From Clostridiales bacterium UBA929 (GTDB taxonomy: Bacteria; Bacillota; Clostridia; Oscillospirales; UBA929), in NCBI GenBank assembly GCA_002293625.1, contig DBDP01000062.1:25376-69611 (forward strand): 44,236 bases of DNA, read 5' to 3'. Shown here piece by piece: positions 24,492 to 32,379 of the stretch. The translations under genes and the position numbers were made by a program. Every line of letters begins with the position of its first letter. The first letter of the stretch is position 1. The notes beneath the pieces were generated by a model that saw only the letters and a program-made list of their open reading frames with translations, ran no database searches and was not told where the DNA came from.

Positions 24492-24528
24492 GGAGTTCCC
24501 TACGAACACAATATTAGGAGGAGAAGGT

Positions 24529-25443
24529 ATGTTTTCTGTTCTCGCGACGGGGTTTCCCTACACAACGGTTGTCGTTGTCGCCGCCATTGCCATTATCTTC
24601 ATGCTGATTGTAATCGCGAACATCAAGGTCGTGCAGCAGGCGCGCAGCTATGTCATTGAGCGGCTCGGCTCGTTCCACGCTCTGTGGGGCAACGGTTTGC
24701 ATTTCAAGGTGCCGTTCATTGACCGAATCGTTAAAAACGTCTCTTTAAAAGAGCAGGTGGTGGATTTCCCTCCGCAGCCGGTAATCACTAAGGACAACGT
24801 CACGATGCAGATCGACACGGTTGTCTACTTTGAAATCACCGACCCAAAACTCTATACATACGGCGTAGAGAACCCGATGGCGGCCATTGAGAACCTGACG
24901 GCGACAACGCTGCGCAACATCGTCGGCGATTTGGAGCTTGACCAGACGCTGACCTCCCGCGACGTTATCAACACCAAAATGCGCGCTATATTAGATGACG
25001 CCACAGACCCATGGGGTATCAAAGTCAACCGCGTTGAGCTAAAGAGCATCATCCCGCCGCGCGAAATTCAAGACGCGATGGAGAAGCAGATGAAGGCGGA
25101 GCGTATGCGCCGTCAGGCGATTCTGCAAGCGGAGGGCGAAAAGCAAAGCCAAATCCTTGTGGCAGAAGGCGAGCAGCAAGCGGCGATCTTACGCGCCGAT
25201 GCCGTGAAACAATCTAAGATTCTTGAGGCGGAGGGCGAAGCGAAAGCCATCATGGCCGTGCAGACAGCGCTGGCCGATTCTATCCGCCTGTTAAACGAAG
25301 CCGACGCGAAGGATTCCGTATTGAAGATAAAAGCCTTCGACGCGTTTGCCAAAGCCGCCGACGGAAAAGCTACGAAGATTATCATCCCGAGCGAGATTCA
25401 AGGGTTAGCGGGACTGGTAACGGGTATCAAAGAGGCTCTGTAG
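24529..25443 (+). CDS. SPFH/band-7 (stomatin/slipin-like) protein
   Basis: An N-terminal TM segment is followed by IKVVQQARSYVIERLG...DNVTMQIDTVVYFEITDP...LTSRDVIN...GIKVNRVELKSIIPP and a coiled-coil EAEGE repeat region. AGGAGG lies upstream of the ATG at 24529. Confidence 0.9.
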   Translation: MFSVLATGFPYTTVVVVAAIAIIFMLIVIANIKVVQQARSYVIERLGSFHALWGNGLHFKVPFIDRIVKNVSLKEQVVDFPPQPVITKDNVTMQIDTVVYFEITDPKLYTYGVENPMAAIENLTATTLRNIVGDLELDQTLTSRDVINTKMRAILDDATDPWGIKVNRVELKSIIPPREIQDAMEKQMKAERMRRQAILQAEGEKQSQILVAEGEQQAAILRADAVKQSKILEAEGEAKAIMAVQTALADSIRLLNEADAKDSVLKIKAFDAFAKAADGKATKIIIPSEIQGLAGLVTGIKEAL

Positions 25444-25499
25444 GGGTCGATGGCAATCGACCCGCCGTATTCCCCGTAGAGGCGATTCAAGAATCGCCC
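25440..25499. repeat. Two tandem GTAG-headed hairpins immediately after the SPFH gene
   Basis: Unit 25440-25463 is GTAG GGGTCGAT GGCA ATCGACCC, and its TAG is the SPFH stop codon. Unit 25476-25499 is GTAG AGGCGATTC AA GAATCGCCC. Confidence 0.65.
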
Positions 25500-25501
25500 G
25501 G

Positions 25502-25534
25502 CATCCCCCGGCGCATGAAACGCGCCGGGGGATG
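25502..25534. terminator. Strong bidirectional terminator hairpin between convergent genes
   Basis: A 13-bp stem, CATCCCCCGGCGC (25502-25514) with GCGCCGGGGGATG (25522-25534), encloses a 7-nt loop. Confidence 0.7.
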
Positions 25535-25535
25535 T

Positions 25536-26228
25536 CTATTCAATTAAAACCGGGCGAAATTCCACGTGATCGGCGGACACCAAACGGTATGATATGCCGC
25601 CGTACAACCCCTCGATCGCGCGGGCGCGGGCGTGACTGTGGAGGTGTCCGAAGTAGCACCGCTTCACGTCGTACTCTCGCAATACATCCACCAGCGGGTC
25701 GCAGCGATAGCCTTCGTAAAGGGGCGGATAGTGCAGGAACACAATCAACTCCCCGTCCGTCAGTTTCCGTCCCGCGTCCAAAGACGCGCGGAGGCGTCCG
25801 ACCTCACGCAGGATCATTTTTGCATCGTGATCCCCGCCGCGCTCTTCTTCGTAAAACCAGCCGCGTGTGCCGCAGATTGCCGCTCCGTCGTACACAAACG
25901 CGTTGTTGTGTAGGATATCGAGGGAGTTTATGCCGTTTTCGCTAAAAAAGCGCTTCATTTTGGAAGCTGTGTCCCAAAAATAATCATGGTTTCCCTTCAA
26001 AAGAAGTTTTTTGCAGGGGAAACGTTCCAAAAACAAAAAATCCGCCAAAGCTTCCTGAAGCGACATCCCCCACGAAGTGTCGCCCGCAAGAATCAGTGTG
26101 TCGGCAACGGTCAGTGCGGACAATCCGCGCTCGATTTTCGCGGTATAACCGTCCCACGCGCCGCCGAATATGTCCATCGGCTTGTTGGCGGCGAACGATA
26201 AATGCAGATCCCCGATTATATAAAGCAC
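25536..26228 (-). CDS. Metallophosphoesterase
   Basis: 230 aa with the calcineurin-like motifs IIGDLHL, LAGDTS, GNHDY and GHLH. Confidence 0.85.
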   Translation of the reverse strand: MLYIIGDLHLSFAANKPMDIFGGAWDGYTAKIERGLSALTVADTLILAGDTSWGMSLQEALADFLFLERFPCKKLLLKGNHDYFWDTASKMKRFFSENGINSLDILHNNAFVYDGAAICGTRGWFYEEERGGDHDAKMILREVGRLRASLDAGRKLTDGELIVFLHYPPLYEGYRCDPLVDVLREYDVKRCYFGHLHSHARARAIEGLYGGISYRLVSADHVEFRPVLIE

Positions 26229-26298
26229 GGCATCTTCCCCATTGTATAATGACGGTTTTTTGTTGGTATACTAAAGAAAATTCCAAAGGAGATTTGCT

Positions 26299-26469
26299 AT
26301 GTTAGGCCATCAGAAAAGCAAAGCCAATGTCGTCAACTGCACGGTGGGTACCTGCGCCTACCACGGTCCCGGCAACCAGTGCAACGCCAGCGGAATCAAC
26401 GTCGGGACCGAATACGCGCTGGACAAAACGGAAACGTTCTGCTCTACCTACGCGCATAAAACGAATTAA
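26299..26469 (+). CDS. DUF1540-family small cysteine-rich protein
   Basis: This 56-aa ORF is missing from the supplied track: MLGHQKSKANVVNCTVGTCAYHGPGNQCNASGINVGTEYALDKTETFCSTYAHKTN. It shows the V-x-C-x-V-x-x-C-x-YH...C-x-A..I-x-V...T-x-C-x-T pattern of DUF1540. AAAGGAG lies upstream of the ATG at 26299. Confidence 0.75.
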   Translation: MLGHQKSKANVVNCTVGTCAYHGPGNQCNASGINVGTEYALDKTETFCSTYAHKTN

Positions 26470-26485
26470 AGCAACCGATTGACAC

Positions 26486-26508
26486 GGGCGGGACAACCCC
26501 GCCCCTAC
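26486..26508. repeat. CTAC-flanked hairpin between DUF1540 and thrC (probable bidirectional terminator)
   Basis: GGGCGGG ACAAC CCCGCCC is followed by CTAC at 26505-26508. The CTA is the thrC TAG stop on the minus strand. Confidence 0.55.
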
Positions 26509-27881
26509 ATACCGAAAAACCTTTTCACATACGCTTCTATCCCGTCGGGAGCCACGGAGTCGAAGAATCTTCGCGGCTTTTTTAGCGTGAGCGCTTCGGG
26601 AACGGGAAACGCCGCCCCGTCCAGCGCGGCCGAAACGGCTTCGGGAAATTTACCGGGGTGCGCCGTCGCGACGACGATTCCGTCATGCGCGACCGCCGCC
26701 GCTGTCGCCGTATGCGGATCAATGACCGTCCCCGTTTTTTGATACAGCGCGCGGATGCAATCCTCAGCCTGCCTATCATCCCGCCAAGCGGCGCCGAACT
26801 CACTCCGCATCGCGTTCGCGGTGGCGGCGTTCAACTCGTACCGCCCCGTTGTATTCAGCTTTTGCATACAGTCCCGTGTAAACGCGCTGTCGCAGCCGGA
26901 CAGTAGGTATACGGCGCGTTCAAAATTGCTCGAAACCAAAATATCCATTGAGGGGGACGTTGTTTTCACAAGGGGGCGGTTGCGGTCGTATACGCCGCTA
27001 TCAATCACGTCGGTCAGCACATTGTTTTTGTTGGATACGCAAATAAGCCGCCCTAGCGGCACACCCATCCGCTTCGCGAACAGAGCCGCCAAGATGTTAC
27101 CGAAGTTCCCGGTGGGTACATAGATGTCCGGGTGTCCCCCAGCCGCGCGTTCAGAGTATAAAAAGTCCGCGTATGCCGACACATAGTACACGATTTGCGG
27201 CAGCAGCCGCCCTAAGTTGATGGAGTTTGCGGAGGTTAGAATATAGCGCTCACTTCGCGCCGCATTAGAAAATACCCGCTTAACGCCGTTCTGCGCGTCG
27301 TCGAAATCGCCTTGAACCGCGCATACGCCGACATTGTCCCCTTCCTGCGTTACCATTTGCAGCTTCTGGATATCGGATACGCCTTCCTCGGGGTAAAACA
27401 CCAACACGCGGGTACCGGAGACATCGCGAAACCCTTCCAGCGCGGCCTTGCCGGTATCGCCCGATGTCGCGGTCAGGATGAAAATCTCCCGCTTCTCCCC
27501 CGTCAGCTCTTTGGCTTTACCAACCAGACGCGGCAAAACCTGAAGTGCCATATCCTTGAACGCGCAGGTGGGACCGTGCCACAGCTCCAAAAAGAGCGGC
27601 ACGTCTTCTGCGTATTCCGCGAGCGGCGCGGGCGCGCCGTCAAACCGCGCATACGCTTCGCGCATCATGTCATTAAGATCGCCGAACTCCGGCAGATACA
27701 GCGACAGCACCGCCGCCGCTCTCTGCGGATAATCCATCGGCGTGATCGTTTTGATAAAATCCTCCGGCAATACGGGAATTTGCTCCGGCACGAACAACCC
27801 GCCGTCCGGCGCAAGCCCTTGCAGGATCGCTTCCGCGCCGCTAACCGGCTCGGTTTGCCCTCTTGTGCTGATGTAATGCAT
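26505..27881 (-). CDS. thrC: Threonine synthase
   Basis: 458 aa with MHYISTRG at the N-terminus, the PLP-lysine context GPTCAFKDMALQ, and ATSGDTG. Confidence 0.95.
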   Translation of the reverse strand: MHYISTRGQTEPVSGAEAILQGLAPDGGLFVPEQIPVLPEDFIKTITPMDYPQRAAAVLSLYLPEFGDLNDMMREAYARFDGAPAPLAEYAEDVPLFLELWHGPTCAFKDMALQVLPRLVGKAKELTGEKREIFILTATSGDTGKAALEGFRDVSGTRVLVFYPEEGVSDIQKLQMVTQEGDNVGVCAVQGDFDDAQNGVKRVFSNAARSERYILTSANSINLGRLLPQIVYYVSAYADFLYSERAAGGHPDIYVPTGNFGNILAALFAKRMGVPLGRLICVSNKNNVLTDVIDSGVYDRNRPLVKTTSPSMDILVSSNFERAVYLLSGCDSAFTRDCMQKLNTTGRYELNAATANAMRSEFGAAWRDDRQAEDCIRALYQKTGTVIDPHTATAAAVAHDGIVVATAHPGKFPEAVSAALDGAAFPVPEALTLKKPRRFFDSVAPDGIEAYVKRFFGM

Positions 27882-27896
27882 GTCAGTAACCCTCCC

Positions 27897-28250
27897 CTAA
27901 AACGCGTTTTCGATATGCTCTATTTCCACAGCCTCAAATCCGCCGCCGGGCGCTGTGATCGCGATGACGTCAATACGCGGCTGTAAGGTTGTTCTTGGGT
28001 TTTTCGCCATCCACAGCTCCGCAGTCTTGCGAATCTTCTTTTGCTTTGACAGGGTAACCGTCTCCAGCGGGTGACCGTATTCAGACTTCGCCCGCATCCT
28101 AACCTCGGTGAATACGATATATAGGTCGTTGTAGACAATTAAGTCGATTTCGCCGCAGGGGGCGGAAAAATTGCTTTTCAGAAGACGATAGCCTTTGTTT
28201 TGCAAGTATTGCAGGGCAATCTGCTCTCCCCTACTCCCCTCTTTACGCAT
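27897..28250 (-). CDS. yraN: YraN-family (UPF0102) endonuclease-like protein
   Basis: 117 aa. GEQIALQYLQNKGYRLL...GEIDLIV...FTEVRMR is the family pattern. Confidence 0.85.
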   Translation of the reverse strand: MRKEGSRGEQIALQYLQNKGYRLLKSNFSAPCGEIDLIVYNDLYIVFTEVRMRAKSEYGHPLETVTLSKQKKIRKTAELWMAKNPRTTLQPRIDVIAITAPGGGFEAVEIEHIENAF

Positions 28251-28809
28251 AATGTGTCACCTTCCTGATGAAAAGCGCCCGGTGTTCCGGGCAGGGACCC
28301 AGCTCGCGCAGGGCGCGGATATGCTCCGCCGTACCGTAACCTTTGTGCTTCGCGAAGCCGTAGCCGGGATACCGTCTGTCCAGCGCCAGCATGGCGCGGT
28401 CGCGCGTAACCTTCGCCAAGATCGATGCCGCCGAAATACACGGCGTTGTGCAGTCCCCTCCGACTACGGCGGTTGCCGGGGTTGAGAATCCCCGCGCGAT
28501 ATTTCCGTCTATCAGAAGCCGGCTTGGGCGGACGGTCAACCCTTCCGCGGCGCGGCGCATCGCGAGCAATGAAGCCTCAAGGATGTTGAGCTGTTCTATT
28601 TCAAGAACCGTAGCGGACGCCACGGCAAATGAAACGGCCTGACGGATGATTTCGTCAAAGAGAACCTCACGCCGCTTCGGCGAGAGCTTTTTGGAATCGG
28701 TCAGTCCCGGAAGGTCGTACCCCTCCGGCAAAATAACCGCCGCCGCGTATACATCCCCCGCCAGAGGACCGCGCCCGGCTTCGTCGATGCCGCACACCCA
28801 CTCCGTCAT
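28243..28809 (-). CDS. rnhB: Ribonuclease HII
   Basis: 188 aa with GIDEAGRGPLAGDVYAAAV, DSKKLS, and YGFAKHKGYGT. Confidence 0.95.
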   Translation of the reverse strand: MTEWVCGIDEAGRGPLAGDVYAAAVILPEGYDLPGLTDSKKLSPKRREVLFDEIIRQAVSFAVASATVLEIEQLNILEASLLAMRRAAEGLTVRPSRLLIDGNIARGFSTPATAVVGGDCTTPCISAASILAKVTRDRAMLALDRRYPGYGFAKHKGYGTAEHIRALRELGPCPEHRALFIRKVTHYA

Positions 28810-29615
28810 GGCTTCTCCAGCGATAATCGCCCGAGCTTCCCGGCACGGAACTCATCCAGAAGGGTCAGAGCCATCCGTTCCGTGTCGGCGATGCCGCCGG
28901 TTTGCAGAAATCCGCGTCTCCGCGCGATTGCTTCAAGACTGTCCGAGACACCGTAACGTTTTGTAAGCGCGTCGGGATACAGCCCGTTCAGCTCATCTAT
29001 CAGCAGTGACGCAAGACCTTCCGTGTCCATGATCTCGTCGCGAATCGCGCCTGTAAAGGCAAGACGTTGCCCCGTTACGGGGTCATCAAACTTCGGCCAG
29101 AGCAAGCCGGGGGTGTCCATCAATAAAAAGCCGTGTTCCATCGGGAACCACTGACGGCTGCGTGTGACGCCCGGTCTGTCCTCGGCTTTTGCCGCCTTAC
29201 GCCGTAAGAGTGTGTTGATTAATGTTGATTTCCCCACGTTGGGAATCCCCAGCACCAAAACGCGCATGGCTCTCCCTGCCTGCCCTTTGGCCGCGAAGAA
29301 AGCGATCCGCTCTGTTAAAAGCTTTTTTAGAGCCGGCAGGATTGTCTTCGCGGCAGGCGGTGAAACGGCATTGACCGCGACTGCACCCGAAATAGCATTC
29401 TTCCACAGTTCGGTGACATCCGGGTCGGCGGCGTCAGCCCGCCCCAAGACAGTCAGGCAGGGTTTGCCGCCCTTCAGCGCCTCAATATCGGGGTTGCGGC
29501 TGGACAACGGAACGCGCGCGTCAAGCAGCTCAATGAGCGCGTCGGCGTGCGCGATATCGCCTTCAAGCTGACGGCGCGTCTTGGCCATATGACCGGGGTA
29601 CCAATTGATGTTCAT
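28806..29615 (-). CDS. rbgA: Ribosome biogenesis GTPase A (YlqF/RbgA)
   Basis: 269 aa with WYPGHMAK and circularly permuted G motifs (DARVPLSSRNP, GIPNVGKST, DTPGLLWPK). Confidence 0.9.
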   Translation of the reverse strand: MNINWYPGHMAKTRRQLEGDIAHADALIELLDARVPLSSRNPDIEALKGGKPCLTVLGRADAADPDVTELWKNAISGAVAVNAVSPPAAKTILPALKKLLTERIAFFAAKGQAGRAMRVLVLGIPNVGKSTLINTLLRRKAAKAEDRPGVTRSRQWFPMEHGFLLMDTPGLLWPKFDDPVTGQRLAFTGAIRDEIMDTEGLASLLIDELNGLYPDALTKRYGVSDSLEAIARRRGFLQTGGIADTERMALTLLDEFRAGKLGRLSLEKP

Positions 29616-29626
29616 GTTACGGTAAC

Positions 29627-29652
29627 GGCGCGCCGAGGGCGTCGCGCCCTAC
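29627..29652. repeat. CTAC-flanked hairpin (GCCCTC-loop subtype, inverted)
   Basis: GGCGCGCC GAGGGC GTCGCGCC CTAC, lying in the rbgA-lepB intergenic gap. Confidence 0.6.
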
Positions 29653-29678
29653 AGGACAAACGAATTCTGTTCACGGTC

Positions 29679-30272
29679 TTACAGCGTCCCGAATCTGTTG
29701 AACGGCAGCAACCGCAGCAGAACACGTCCCAAAATACAGCGCCGGTCAACACAAGCGATGTCGTCAAAACGGCTGTCCCGCGACTGATTGCGGTTATCGC
29801 CCATCAGGAAATACTCTCCTTCCGGCACAGTAAAGGACATCGGCATGTCACCGTTCCAAAGCCAATCCTGATCCCGGATGTACTCCTCTGTTTGAAGCTC
29901 TTCGTTGATATAGAGACTGCCGCTTAAATTATCATATCTGATATTGTCTCCGGGTACGCCGATTACACGCTTCACAAAGGGTTTATAGGTTCCTGTCGCG
30001 GGGTCGTAAGAGTCCGCAACGCCGTATTTGGAGAACATAACGACGTCTCCCTTCTCGGGGGTGTAAAAGAGGTTGGAAATCAACAGCATGTCATGTTCCT
30101 GTAAGGTTTCCCGCATGGAGTACTGCCGCACCGAAAAGACGCTCGCGACAAAGACGAACACCAGCACGATCCCCACAATCGCGCTGACGAGCGACTGCGC
30201 CCAGTCGAACAATTCTTTCGCTATGTCGAATTTTTCTTTTTTGGGAGACTCCCTGAAAATCTGCTCGTCCAT
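29679..30272 (-). CDS. lepB: Signal peptidase I (paralog 1)
   Basis: It has a TM anchor, the catalytic Ser box YSMRETL, the Lys box KRVIGVPGD, and GDNRNQSRDSR. Three consecutive ATGs are present; I chose the third (30270-30272) for its 7-nt spacing from AAGGAG. The start is uncertain by up to 6 nt. Confidence 0.85.
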   Translation of the reverse strand: MDEQIFRESPKKEKFDIAKELFDWAQSLVSAIVGIVLVFVFVASVFSVRQYSMRETLQEHDMLLISNLFYTPEKGDVVMFSKYGVADSYDPATGTYKPFVKRVIGVPGDNIRYDNLSGSLYINEELQTEEYIRDQDWLWNGDMPMSFTVPEGEYFLMGDNRNQSRDSRFDDIACVDRRCILGRVLLRLLPFNRFGTL

Positions 30273-30295
30273 CATCATGCTCCTTACGAATATAA

Positions 30296-30883
30296 CTACA
30301 CAAAACCGAAACGGTTCAGAGGCCACAAGCGCAACAGCACGCGCCCAAAAATACACCGCCGGTCTACAAACCCGATTTCGGAGGAACGGCTGTCAGTCGA
30401 ATTGTTCCTGTTGTCTCCCGCGAGGAAATACTGCCCCTCCGGCACGGTAAACGATGTCGGCATATTGCCGAGCCATATCCATCGCTGCTCATATATATAG
30501 TCTTCGCTTTGCGCCTCTCCGTTGATGAAAAGCGTTCCGTTCTCAAATTGAATTTCGTCGCCGGGAATCCCGATCACGCGCTTGACAAAAGGTGTGTATC
30601 TGCCCGTGTCGGGGTCATAGGAACGGTACACCCTGTATTTGGAAAACATTACGATGTCGCCTCTTTGGGGTGTGTATAACAAATTGGATATTACCAGTAT
30701 GTCATTCGGTTGCAACGTATCCAGCATTGACTCTTGATTAACGCTGAACTCACCGGCGACAAAGATAAATAGCAGAATAATTCCCACAATCACATCGATA
30801 AGCGGCTGCGCCCAATCGAATATTTCCCGCGCAATATTGGGGTGTATTAACCCACCGTTTTTGTCGGAACGTTCATGATTCAT
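30296..30883 (-). CDS. lepB: Signal peptidase I (paralog 2)
   Basis: It has ESMLDTL, KRVIGIPGD and GDNRNNSTDSR, and by eye is about 60% identical to paralog 1. I trimmed it to the ATG at 30881-30883 (AAAGGA upstream). Confidence 0.85.
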   Translation of the reverse strand: MNHERSDKNGGLIHPNIAREIFDWAQPLIDVIVGIILLFIFVAGEFSVNQESMLDTLQPNDILVISNLLYTPQRGDIVMFSKYRVYRSYDPDTGRYTPFVKRVIGIPGDEIQFENGTLFINGEAQSEDYIYEQRWIWLGNMPTSFTVPEGQYFLAGDNRNNSTDSRSSEIGFVDRRCIFGRVLLRLWPLNRFGFV

Positions 30884-30907
30884 CAGAGAGCATCCTTTCG
30901 TATTCAG

Positions 30908-30934
30908 AAGCCGGAACGAAAAACGTTCCGGCTT
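30908..30934 (-). terminator. Hairpin 4 nt downstream of rplS (partial terminator or mRNA-stabilising stem, no U-tract)
   Basis: An 11-bp stem, AAGCCGGAACG with CGTTCCGGCTT, encloses an AAAAA loop. The lepB RBS follows, so some read-through is expected. Confidence 0.45.
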
Positions 30935-30938
30935 TGCG

Positions 30939-31280
30939 TCAGATACGGATTTTAACTTTGGCGCTCTTGCCGACGCGGTCACGCAGATAGTAGAGCTTCG
31001 CGCGGCGGACACGCCCGTGGCGCATAACCTCTACGCGGGCGATGTTCGGCGCGTGAACGGGGAAAACCTTCTCAACCCCGATGCCGTAGGAGACGCGGCG
31101 GACGGTAAACGTCTCGCTGATGCCGCCGTGCTTTTTCGCGATAACCAGTCCTTCAAAGACCTGCACACGTTCGCGCGTACCTTCTTTGATACGGACGTGA
31201 ACGCGCACCATGTCGCCGATTTCAACGACGGGCGGGTCCGCTTTGAGCTGACTGTCTGTCAGTGCCTTGAGATAATCCAT
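30939..31280 (-). CDS. rplS: 50S ribosomal protein L19
   Basis: 113 aa from the ATG at 31278-31280. [44 protein letters not shown] is the L19 signature. Confidence 0.97.
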   Translation of the reverse strand: MDYLKALTDSQLKADPPVVEIGDMVRVHVRIKEGTRERVQVFEGLVIAKKHGGISETFTVRRVSYGIGVEKVFPVHAPNIARVEVMRHGRVRRAKLYYLRDRVGKSAKVKIRI

Positions 31281-31366
31281 AAAAACCCTTCTTTCTCGCG
31301 CTTTCGTGAGAAGATTCTCAGAGGAAAGCCGGTCTGCGGACGCTGTAGGCAACCGCACTAACGGAA

Positions 31367-31395
31367 ATAATACCATAAAAAGTACGTTCTGTCAA
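31367..31395 (-). promoter_or_regulatory. Strong sigma-A-type promoter for rplS
   Basis: The minus strand reads TTGACA (31395-31390), a 17-nt spacer ending in TGG, then TATTAT (31372-31367). This is an extended -10 configuration. A leader of about 80 nt follows. Confidence 0.65.
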
Positions 31396-31404
31396 GAAAA
31401 AAAT

Positions 31405-32376
31405 CTATTTCGCGCTCTCGTCTTTGTATATCTGCGTGATGATTTCCTCCAGCGGCAGCTCTTTCACGGAAATGTCCGAGAAGTCCAGTCCCTCGATAAA
31501 ATCCCGGATCGGCGTTTGCGAGACATCCACCTCCAGCGTGATCTCCCTCGGCGACTTTTGGGAAACGACCTTTGTGTGTTCCCCCAGAATCCCAAAGTCC
31601 GGATTCTCCAGCGTAAGCTCAACGATTTTCTTCTCGCCGAGGCTTTGCTGTAGCTTTTGCAGCGTATCGTCAAACACCTTTTTACCTTTGTTGATGATGA
31701 TGATATGTTCGGCGAGTTTTTTCACGTCCTCAAGGTCATGAGTGGTGAGGATGAACGTAACGCCCTTCCTGTTCATTTCCCGTATGAAGTCGCGTATTGA
31801 AGCCTTCGCGATGACGTCAAGACCGATCGTCGGCTCGTCTAGGAATACGATTTTCGGGGCGTGAAGCATCGACATGATAAACTCGCATTTCATCCGTTCG
31901 CCGAGCGAGAGAACGCGCGTCGGCTTCTTCATGATGTCTCCCGTTTGGAACAACTCCGTCAGTTCGGATAGCCTTTTGTCGTAGTCGGTTTTCGGGATTC
32001 CGTAAATCGCGCGGTTCATATGAAAGCTGTCAACCGGCGGAATATCCCATATGAGCTGGGAACGCTGCCCGAAGACCGCGCCGATCTCGCTAACGTATTT
32101 CTTCCTGTCCGCGGAAGGTGTATACCCAAGCACCTTTATATCGCCCGAGGTTGGAAACAGCGCCCCACAGAGCATCTTGATGGTGGTGGATTTTCCCGCG
32201 CCGTTTGGGCCAAGGATTCCGCAAACACTCCCTTCCTCAACGCTGAAAGTAACGCCGTCAACCGCCCTCACGGTTTCCTTTTCACGCTTAAAAAGGTTTT
32301 TGAAAGTCTCCCCCGCCCCGCTCCCGCGCTTGTATGTCACATAGGTTTTTGTCAGGTCTTTAACGCCTATAATCAT
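31405..32376 (-). CDS. ABC transporter ATP-binding protein (ABC-2 system)
   Basis: 323 aa with Walker A (GPNGAGKST), the signature LSLGERMK, Walker B (IVFLDEPT) and the H-loop (TTHD). Confidence 0.9.
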   Translation of the reverse strand: MIIGVKDLTKTYVTYKRGSGAGETFKNLFKREKETVRAVDGVTFSVEEGSVCGILGPNGAGKSTTIKMLCGALFPTSGDIKVLGYTPSADRKKYVSEIGAVFGQRSQLIWDIPPVDSFHMNRAIYGIPKTDYDKRLSELTELFQTGDIMKKPTRVLSLGERMKCEFIMSMLHAPKIVFLDEPTIGLDVIAKASIRDFIREMNRKGVTFILTTHDLEDVKKLAEHIIIINKGKKVFDDTLQKLQQSLGEKKIVELTLENPDFGILGEHTKVVSQKSPREITLEVDVSQTPIRDFIEGLDFSDISVKELPLEEIITQIYKDESAK

Positions 32377-32379
32377 GCC

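Noticed and set aside
24030-25443. The NfeD plus SPFH pair as a candidate novel or defence-related module.
   Set aside because: This two-gene operon is a widespread, well-known pairing. There are no nuclease, protease, NTPase or other effector genes adjacent, and the flanking genes are ordinary.
26302-26496. A 64-aa minus-strand ORF in the supplied track.
   Set aside because: The opposite strand encodes a DUF1540-type protein with a proper RBS. The minus-strand ORF has no RBS or motif and would run through the thrC-proximal hairpin.
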